From the sequence record NC_061448.1: 64,000 bases of DNA; one strand, 5' to 3'. The position numbers were made by a program, and so were the translations under genes. Positions 1-6,906 of the stretch are shown one piece after another. The notes beneath the pieces were generated by a model, which was given only the letters and a program-made list of their open reading frames with translations, ran no database searches and was not told where the DNA came from. Numbering within the stretch: position 1 is the first letter of the stretch; each line of letters opens with the position of its first letter.

Positions 1-362
1 GTACCGGCAACGGGCTCAGGCCACAGAATGATTGTGGTGTCAGCGTCTTGTGCGTGAATAGAGGACGGCATAACAACATCACCATTCTCGTCGTAGCACT
101 GAACGAGCGGCGTTGCGATGTTCATGTTGTGCTTCACTTCCCAGCGTGAAGATGCGGACGCTTGTGCGTAGCGGTACATCGTCATCTGTTGAGTCAGTGG
201 AACCCAGATAGGCAGGTCACCTAACTCTACACAGAACATCAGGCGCTTGTCCATGAAGATAGCCATACCCGGTTGCGGGTTTTCAGGCCAATCTTGAACT
301 TCTGCGAACTTGAAGTTCTTGATCGAGCCAAACTCTAAATCGAGCGTCCCGAGGACTTTCAT
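1..362 (-). CDS. Small virion fibre-associated protein, 3' end runs off the window (manually translated; absent from the ORF track)
   Basis: ATG at 362 with AGGAG RBS; MKVLGTLDLEFGSIKNFKFAEVQDWPENPQPGMAIFMDKRL...WEVKHNMNIATPLVQCYDENGDVVMPSSIHAQDADTTIILWPEPVAGT; both ends resemble the 430..2058 protein. Confidence 0.75.
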   Translation of the reverse strand, partial: MKVLGTLDLEFGSIKNFKFAEVQDWPENPQPGMAIFMDKRLMFCVELGDLPIWVPLTQQMTMYRYAQASASSRWEVKHNMNIATPLVQCYDENGDVVMPSSIHAQDADTTIILWPEPVAG

Positions 363-381
363 AAATCTTCTCCTGAAAGGT

Positions 382-410
382 AAAAAGGGCAGGCAGATGC
401 CCACCCCTTT
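382..410 (-). terminator. Intrinsic terminator
   Basis: Minus strand GGGGUGGGC-AUCU-GCCUGCCCU followed by UUUU, just after the 542-aa gene. Confidence 0.7.
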
Positions 411-429
411 ATTATGCTACTTAATCGAA

Positions 430-2058
430 TTACGCTTCTGGTTCAACGTAGGCGTTAGTACCAGTTACGAATGCGATTGCGACTTTCTTCGCAGTAGTCA
501 GCTCGACACGCAGGCTGTTAGCGTCGATGAACACGATTTCATCAGGGATGATCTGATAACCAGTGTCATCAACAACGGTAACAGTACCGTACTTAACGCC
601 AGCGTTGTGTGTGAAGGTGTGCGCAGTCGCAGCAGCATCACCAGCAGCAGTCTTATCGTACTGGTACAGTTTAGCAGCAGCGCCACCAGTAGAACCAGCG
701 ATAGCGTCGTCAACGTACTTCTTGCTCACAGCAGAAGTGTCGGTCAGCGGGTCAGTACCAGTCAGGTTCAGCGCTTCAACATCACCGCCAGTTGCGTCGA
801 TGAAGCCACCAGCAGTTTTAACCGCAGCAACGTCAACGATGATTTTGCTGTTATCGACGTCCTGTTTCAGGCCAGTGCCGAGGGCAGCAGGAGAAACTTC
901 TGCGTAACCAACACCGCCTTCTGCGATTGCGATACCGTCAACGGTACGAGACAGACTAGAGCCGTCCAGTTTAACGCGAGTAGAACCGGCATTATCTTCC
1001 AGACCACCAGCAGCATCTAGCTTCGCAGTAACAGCGTTGCTAACGATCTGAACACCAGCGCCAACTTTAACGTTAACGACGTTGCCAGCTTTTTCCAGAC
1101 CGTCACCAGCGTTAAACTCAGAAGCACCGCCGAAGGTAGTCCAGATAGTACCGTCGAAGCGACGATATTCTTTGATCGCTTTAACCCAGGTCACAGCACC
1201 GCCAGCTTCGCTGTCAGTCGGGTCGAATACGATTTCGAACGCTGTGCCGTTGTAGCGCACGATCATGTTGTCAACCAGACCGGTGATGCTACCGAAGTTC
1301 GGGTTGATCTGGTCAGCGGCCAGAATGATGTACTGCTTGCCAGCTACCAGCTCTGGGTCGAGAGTACCGTCTTCCTGAATCGCGTCAGAGTCGTGCAGCC
1401 AGTCGATGCCAGCGATAGCGTTGTCAATATCGATCTTACGCGCAGCGTCGTTCGGGTTAGCAGGAGCAGCCAGGTTAGCAATGGTATTGCCGTCTGCGTC
1501 GAGGTCACCGGTCAGCTTGCCATTAGCAGCGTCCAGTTTACCCGCCAGCGCAGTTTCGTTCGCGTTAGCTTTGTTGCTAACAGCGGTGATCTGAGACTGG
1601 ATGTTAGAGCTTGCGCCGGACAGATAACCCAGTTCAGCAGCAGTAACGTTGGAGGTTTGCAGTTCGCTATCAGCGCCAGCAATCACAACGCCGTTCTCAG
1701 TCAGGCCGGAGATTTTGTCTTGCTTGGTAGCAACAACAGTCTCAACGTGTTTCTTAGAGACAGCAGCGTTATCACCAGAAGCAGACTGGTCAGGACCAGA
1801 CAGTTCGAGGTCAGCAGTCATCGCCACGGTACCGTCAGCAAGGATTGCACCTTCTACTGAACCGCCACCAGCGCCGAACTCTTTGATTTCAGTACCGTCG
1901 AAGTATTTGTACTTCTTATCGACGCTGTTGTACCAGATACGGGCTTCTTGCGATGCAACCAGATCGCCAACAGCCGGGTCGGCAGCCAGAACTTCTGGAC
2001 GGAAGTTCTTAATCTGAGCGCCGAGCATTAAATCAAGATTACCAGTACGCATTGTCAT
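430..2058 (-). CDS. Virion fibre/whisker structural protein (542 aa)
   Basis: Gly/Ala/Asp-rich; fibre-type A(A/V)xK..(I/V)D motifs (AVSKKHVE, AARKIDID, AVSKKYVD); C-terminal HN..V..VD..G....PDEI module; AGGAG RBS. Confidence 0.7.
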   Translation of the reverse strand: MTMRTGNLDLMLGAQIKNFRPEVLAADPAVGDLVASQEARIWYNSVDKKYKYFDGTEIKEFGAGGGSVEGAILADGTVAMTADLELSGPDQSASGDNAAVSKKHVETVVATKQDKISGLTENGVVIAGADSELQTSNVTAAELGYLSGASSNIQSQITAVSNKANANETALAGKLDAANGKLTGDLDADGNTIANLAAPANPNDAARKIDIDNAIAGIDWLHDSDAIQEDGTLDPELVAGKQYIILAADQINPNFGSITGLVDNMIVRYNGTAFEIVFDPTDSEAGGAVTWVKAIKEYRRFDGTIWTTFGGASEFNAGDGLEKAGNVVNVKVGAGVQIVSNAVTAKLDAAGGLEDNAGSTRVKLDGSSLSRTVDGIAIAEGGVGYAEVSPAALGTGLKQDVDNSKIIVDVAAVKTAGGFIDATGGDVEALNLTGTDPLTDTSAVSKKYVDDAIAGSTGGAAAKLYQYDKTAAGDAAATAHTFTHNAGVKYGTVTVVDDTGYQIIPDEIVFIDANSLRVELTTAKKVAIAFVTGTNAYVEPEA

Positions 2059-2076
2059 TCTCCTGAGTGCGTGGGA

Positions 2077-2820
2077 TTAGAAGTACATGCTATCGCAATC
2101 ATCAAGACTACAACGTAGCTTTTGATATGCGGCAACTCGTTCTTCCGTTAGATTGATATATTTATCATCAATATTGTACTTCACTCTGACAGGCACATCG
2201 TACCCGTCGAGCAAGCCGTGACGTTGATAAACTTCAAGGCGAAGTACCGGAGAACTGACCTGTCCGTGTTCCATGATGTTCAGGTCAATTTTATCTGCAT
2301 AGATGAATGGTCGTTCACGCTTACACATGATATAATCTATCTCGTGTAAATTAAAGAGTGTGAAGTTCATATAGCCAATAATGAACTCCGCAATCAGGCG
2401 GAACGACTCACTCATGTCCTGCCGAAACTGTTGTGTGAGAATCTGATCAACGTGTGGTCGAATGGCCATACGCATCTCATACCAGCTCTCACAAAACAGC
2501 GCGGGAAAGTCTTCAGGGTGATGGGCCATAAGGCCCAACACGTCGTTTTCTGTATCTGCGAAAGAGCTTAAAATGTCCGCAGCGTCAAGGTCCGTTTCGA
2601 CACCACAGCCTGTTGAAATGAATCGACGTTCAATCTCTCTCAACCAAGACTCTGATGCAGATAGGTATTGAAGTAGTGTTTCTCTAGCGGCAGCCGTAAA
2701 CTCATGCCTGTTGGAGTCAAGGACTTCTCCAAGCATGAAGGCTTTCGCTTTGTAGAAATCACAATAGCGTTCGGCAGTGAAGCGTCGAAACCCTATGTTA
2801 TTCCTCAAATAGCCCATCAT
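2077..2820 (-). CDS. Hypothetical soluble protein (247 aa)
   Basis: Long ORF, 4-nt overlap with the upstream gene, no recognised motif. Confidence 0.7.
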   Translation of the reverse strand: MMGYLRNNIGFRRFTAERYCDFYKAKAFMLGEVLDSNRHEFTAAARETLLQYLSASESWLREIERRFISTGCGVETDLDAADILSSFADTENDVLGLMAHHPEDFPALFCESWYEMRMAIRPHVDQILTQQFRQDMSESFRLIAEFIIGYMNFTLFNLHEIDYIMCKRERPFIYADKIDLNIMEHGQVSSPVLRLEVYQRHGLLDGYDVPVRVKYNIDDKYINLTEERVAAYQKLRCSLDDCDSMYF

Positions 2821-3335
2821 CGCAATGCCCTCAAATCATTCAACTCCGTATTGCCTTGAGCATTAGGGGTTGTATAAAGAGAACTGGATATGCTCTGCAA
2901 ACGCAGACCGAGCTTCTCAAGTTCTTGCTGGTTCCCGCCTAACTTCTCAAGAACCTCTCGCATTAACTCGACAGACCCTTGATGGTCACGGGATTGCTGA
3001 GAGATGATTCGTTCGAAGCGCTGCATAGCACGAAGAACAGAGTTCAAGCCCTCTTTCATATCCAAATTATCGACTGGCGCGGAGTCAGAGATTGACTGTA
3101 TCATCCTCATCATCTGCGCCAAGTCGGCTTGCAGCAATTCACCATCAGGATTGATGGTTGATGCCGCTGCTTCCAGCTCTGCGTTCCGCTCTTTCAATTG
3201 CTCCAGTTCTTCAAGCTGAGGCAGTAGCTTCCACCAAACGTAGGCACCGCCCGCGATTAGTAGAACAACAGAGAAGACAGTCGCATAGTTGGACGCGAGC
3301 AACTTGTCTAAAATATCCGCCCACATTATATTCAA
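2817..3335 (-). CDS. Single-pass membrane protein with coiled coil (172 aa); possibly lysis-related
   Basis: TM segment YATVFSVVLLIAGGAYVWW followed by heptad-like LEELEQLKERNAELEAA; 4-nt overlaps at both ends. Confidence 0.65.
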   Translation of the reverse strand: MNIMWADILDKLLASNYATVFSVVLLIAGGAYVWWKLLPQLEELEQLKERNAELEAAASTINPDGELLQADLAQMMRMIQSISDSAPVDNLDMKEGLNSVLRAMQRFERIISQQSRDHQGSVELMREVLEKLGGNQQELEKLGLRLQSISSSLYTTPNAQGNTELNDLRALR

Positions 3336-3616
3336 CCCTTACAGGTGTTATCGTTCAGGTCGACGATGACCCGTTCGGCACCTGGTTCGTTTACGTCAGT
3401 GGTTTTGTACGTGTGCGCCATCCGAGGCTTGAACTCTAAGCAGCTTTGTCCGTAACGTCCATCGACAACACAAATGGCAGACAAGCAGCTAACATCTTCC
3501 TTGAGTATTAAATTTTCAGGAGACTGGTTAACACTCCTAACAGCAGTGATCACGAAACCAACCACAGCGAGAGCAATGACAACCACAATGGCAATCCTAA
3601 TTCGCTTGGCTTGCAT
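3332..3616 (-). CDS. Small N-terminally anchored membrane/periplasmic protein with 4 Cys (94 aa)
   Basis: KRIR then hydrophobic IAIVVVIALAVVGFVITAV, then a Cys-containing hydrophilic domain; GAGG RBS. Confidence 0.7.
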   Translation of the reverse strand: MQAKRIRIAIVVVIALAVVGFVITAVRSVNQSPENLILKEDVSCLSAICVVDGRYGQSCLEFKPRMAHTYKTTDVNEPGAERVIVDLNDNTCKG

Positions 3617-3652
3617 TTCGGGTTCTACCTCATGGGTCCTTTTATATGTCTG

Positions 3653-3660
3653 AAATTAGC
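3653..3660 (-). promoter_or_regulatory. Candidate late promoter motif GCTAATTT
   Basis: Intergenic copy 37 nt upstream of the 94-aa gene start; the motif recurs upstream of other operon starts. Confidence 0.6.
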
Positions 3661-3681
3661 GAACCACTTGCATCTAGGAGG

Positions 3682-4707
3682 TTATTCCTCCAAGACACCG
3701 CTAATCTCCGAGAACATATTCTTGTACACTAAAGAACCATCCAGCTTGTCGAGTCTCTCAGGCAGAACGTAAAGGTGAGGCGATGTGCGCATGTTAGCCC
3801 ACGTCTTCTCGTTACGATCAAGACCGCCAAGCATAGGCACGATGACCATACTCAGGTTCTTATTTGCTCTGACGAAACCAATGTCAATATGTTTCCTGTT
3901 TATGCTTCTGAACAACTTGTTGATCGCGTCCAAACCAACAGGTCGATTAAATTCCGTATCACTAACAGTATTGACAAGACTGATAAGGAAACCTTTATCC
4001 TTACTTTCAATATCGAACAGGTCAGACTTCAAATCACCAACAGTGGATGCAGCGAAGTACGACACGTCATGCCCGTAGTCTTTGAGACAAGCACCGAGCG
4101 CACGAGCGGATTCGATGTGCGCTACGTTGTCATCTCGCAGAATATAAACAGGTGCATCAGCTTGGTACGTGCGCTGCGCCATCATGTTGATAAGATCGCA
4201 AGAGGGCTTGCCGACAGTGGCTAAGCCCTTATTTGCTATCACGAATTTGTCCTTGTACTGCTCGTAAACATTTGGTGGCATGAACTTCATGTAGTCATCG
4301 TCCAGGCTAAGTATCAAACGAGGCTTAGTTAACTGGACGACGAGTTGCATACTGCGAAGCGATGCCTTGTATTCTGTATCTGAAAGCACACGGCTTATAG
4401 GCAGATACTGCACGACAACGAAACGGTCATCAATTGAATCAACGACCGAACGTATCAAAGTGCTACCGAGCGTAGGACCAGCAGAGAACTGAGTAACGAT
4501 CATCAGGCTGTCTTCAACTAAAGGTGCTGTCGAGGACATTGTGATGCCGTTACCCACTTGCTGCACAGAGCGTTCCCACGTTAGGGCTGGCTCTCCTCCG
4601 TTATCGGCATATACATTAATTGCGCTACACCAGAGACAGGCTCCAAGAATGTAAGCAGCAATACGTTGTCTGGATCGGCTTCGGCTGGATTGACAGTTTC
4701 CGGCCAT
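3682..4707 (-). CDS. Exported protein with probable periplasmic-binding-protein (ABC substrate-binding-like) fold (341 aa)
   Basis: GAGGAG 7 nt before the ATG; signal peptide RSRQR-IAAYILGACLWCS-AINVYA; TKPRLILSLDDD and VYILRDDN...ISLVNTVSD resemble ABC_sub_bind strands. Confidence 0.55.
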   Translation of the reverse strand: MAGNCQSSRSRSRQRIAAYILGACLWCSAINVYADNGGEPALTWERSVQQVGNGITMSSTAPLVEDSLMIVTQFSAGPTLGSTLIRSVVDSIDDRFVVVQYLPISRVLSDTEYKASLRSMQLVVQLTKPRLILSLDDDYMKFMPPNVYEQYKDKFVIANKGLATVGKPSCDLINMMAQRTYQADAPVYILRDDNVAHIESARALGACLKDYGHDVSYFAASTVGDLKSDLFDIESKDKGFLISLVNTVSDTEFNRPVGLDAINKLFRSINRKHIDIGFVRANKNLSMVIVPMLGGLDRNEKTWANMRTSPHLYVLPERLDKLDGSLVYKNMFSEISGVLEE

Positions 4708-5405
4708 AGAACTTCTCCTCTCTCGTCAGTGACGTAAGGAATGCCGGCGCCCTTGCCCAATCCATGTCGCAAGGCCCATACGGTGTCGGCATTCTGTTGC
4801 ACGAACACTAACCCTTTCACTGACGCTTCATCAGTCGCTTGCTCAAGCACCTCAACACGAGATGTTAAGAGCTGGGCATCCGACTGGAGAGTACGAATAG
4901 CAGCAAGGTTAGAGTTAACGCGCGAGTTCATGTTGTTGAACATGGTGAAGAACGAGTTGTTCATCGCCGTGCGAACGCCGTCCGTATAGGACTTAGGAAT
5001 AAGTTCATCGTTGTCGAAGACTGTTACGCCTGTACGAGTCAGAACTTTACCGGTAAGACGTCCACCACTTGCGCTGATAATCTGAGGGGCTGGCAAATCA
5101 GCCTCATCCCAGACTTGAACAGTGGTCATCACCGTATTGTAGTCAGTTTCCTCTTGCCACGTATTCTTGTACGGTGCAGTAGCCGTCTTAGACTTACGAC
5201 GCATGACTTTCTTATAGCCAGCGTTCGCACCATCTGCGATGATCCAGAGACCGTTCAGCGGGAATACGTGAGTGACAGGTTCGACGAAGGAGAGAATGAT
5301 TGTAACATCCGCTCCTACCTTGTACGCAATATCATTCGACGCTGACAGACCTTGCTGTTGTGCAAGACTAATCAACGTGTCCACGTAGTTAGTCAACTGG
5401 CTCAT
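4581..5405 (-). CDS. Virion fibre-associated protein (274 aa)
   Basis: C-terminal W.LRHGLG...PYVTDERGEVLWPE...LLLTFLEPVSG module shared with the 1..362 and 430..2058 proteins. Confidence 0.7.
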   Translation of the reverse strand: MSQLTNYVDTLISLAQQQGLSASNDIAYKVGADVTIILSFVEPVTHVFPLNGLWIIADGANAGYKKVMRRKSKTATAPYKNTWQEETDYNTVMTTVQVWDEADLPAPQIISASGGRLTGKVLTRTGVTVFDNDELIPKSYTDGVRTAMNNSFFTMFNNMNSRVNSNLAAIRTLQSDAQLLTSRVEVLEQATDEASVKGLVFVQQNADTVWALRHGLGKGAGIPYVTDERGEVLWPETVNPAEADPDNVLLLTFLEPVSGVAQLMYMPITEESQP

Positions 5406-5865
5406 CCGAGACTCCTAAGGATTGAAGAACAATGGAACTTTTATCGGAGAAGGCCTTAGCAATAAGTTTGGCAGCAGCCTTATCGACAACGAGTGTGCTG
5501 ATTTTTCCTTTGGTGTTACACACAATAGTTTGTGGTGCATACTGTGCGAGTGCCAAAGCGAATAGCAGATGGTTGCCGAGGTCACCAGTGATACTTACCT
5601 CTACGTCAAGTTCAGGCACGTAGATGTTCTGGTTAATCTCAGCAACGAACTGCGCCAGCGCAACAGGGTCGAACTCAGGAGGCGCTGTATCATAACCCTC
5701 AACTAAGTCAATCTGACCGGTCTCAGGATAGAACTGAAAAGCAGACGGGTCGCTAATGATTCTACCGAATAGCTCGTCACTAACTTCGATGCAATCGTCG
5801 TCTGTCTTCTCACGTACACGACCAACAATGCTGTTAGTCGCGCGATTGATTTTAATTATCGGCAT
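5389..5865 (-). CDS. Putative fibre assembly/accessory protein (158 aa; start revised to MPIIK)
   Basis: AGGTG RBS before ATG 5865; lies directly after a collagen fibre gene; function inferred from position only. Confidence 0.55.
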   Translation of the reverse strand: MPIIKINRATNSIVGRVREKTDDDCIEVSDELFGRIISDPSAFQFYPETGQIDLVEGYDTAPPEFDPVALAQFVAEINQNIYVPELDVEVSITGDLGNHLLFALALAQYAPQTIVCNTKGKISTLVVDKAAAKLIAKAFSDKSSIVLQSLGVSDEPVD

Positions 5866-5866
5866 G

Positions 5867-6688
5867 TTAATCACCTACCGCAGTATACCAGAAGTCCCAG
5901 CCAGCAGTGTTAGTGCCAGTAGACTTGATGGTGAACCCGCCTAACAGGGCGTTCTCATTCATCGCGCTTGTACCGTCCAGATTGTAGAGCTGGAAAGTCT
6001 TAGCTTGGTTGAGTGCAGCGTTCACGAATGTAATCTGAATGCTGATACAACGGTTGATGAATGCCGTGTTGAATACGACGTGAATCGTATCTGTAGTTGA
6101 CGCGTTCACGACTCGACCCATGTTATGAGTAAAGCCAGTGTTCATATCGCGGTTACTACCAATCCACGCGTTCGGGATAACTGCACCGGTCACAGGGTTA
6201 AGTGCTTGTGATACACGATACTCGTCGATAGCTGCATCACGACCAGGGCTACCCGTAGGACCAGTAGCGCCTGTAGGGCCAACAGAACCCGTGTTGCCGG
6301 TAGCACCGACAGGGCCTGTGTTGCCAGTAGGTCCGTTACGGCCACGCGGGCCACGAGGACCCGGGCAGCCGTCTGCACCGTCACGACCATCACGTCCGTC
6401 AGCACCAGGCAAACCACGTAGGCCATCTTTACCCTGCTTACCTTCACGCCCAGATTTGAGCTGGTCAGCAGTAGGAAGTCCTAAGACGCTTGACTGACTT
6501 CCATCAGGCCAGACGATAGTGAGTGTACCGGTAGTAGTATCGAACTCAGCACCCTGAGAGCCGGGAATCTTTGCAGCCTCTGTTGGGTCTATGAACTCAA
6601 CAGCGGACGCCGTCTTCTTACCTAACACCTTGCCGACGGGGTACGAACCGCCGTCGATAAGAGCAGGGCTAATCTTCGTAAGAGACAT
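5867..6688 (-). CDS. Collagen-like fibre protein (273 aa) with C-terminal beta domain
   Basis: 24 consecutive Gly-X-Y triplets after an FDTTTGTL...GLPT motif. Confidence 0.85.
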   Translation of the reverse strand: MSLTKISPALIDGGSYPVGKVLGKKTASAVEFIDPTEAAKIPGSQGAEFDTTTGTLTIVWPDGSQSSVLGLPTADQLKSGREGKQGKDGLRGLPGADGRDGRDGADGCPGPRGPRGRNGPTGNTGPVGATGNTGSVGPTGATGPTGSPGRDAAIDEYRVSQALNPVTGAVIPNAWIGSNRDMNTGFTHNMGRVVNASTTDTIHVVFNTAFINRCISIQITFVNAALNQAKTFQLYNLDGTSAMNENALLGGFTIKSTGTNTAGWDFWYTAVGD

Positions 6689-6699
6689 GGGCTAAACTC

Positions 6700-6903
6700 C
6701 TAACCAGTCAGTGTTGTCCAATCAGGTTGTCCCGATTGTCCGGCTTCTGGGTTTTTGACTTTCGTGTTATTGATTGTCATACGAACCCAACGCACACTTC
6801 CGTCTGCGTCTTGAAACCGAACCTTCGTTCCACCGTATGCTAAATTAGCTACCCACCTGTCTCTTGAAGGGTCTTTGAAAGCTAAACGTGCATATGCTGG
6901 CAT
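6700..6903 (-). CDS. Small virion-associated protein (67 aa)
   Basis: Fills the gap between fibre genes exactly; Trp-rich pattern loosely like the N-terminus of the 672-aa protein. Confidence 0.6.
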   Translation of the reverse strand: MPAYARLAFKDPSRDRWVANLAYGGTKVRFQDADGSVRWVRMTINNTKVKNPEAGQSGQPDWTTLTG

Positions 6904-6906
6904 CGC

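Noticed and set aside
2817-3616. Spanin pair (Rz/Rz1)
   Set aside because: No lipobox-bearing outer-membrane partner, and the order and topology do not fit; kept only as an unspecified membrane module.
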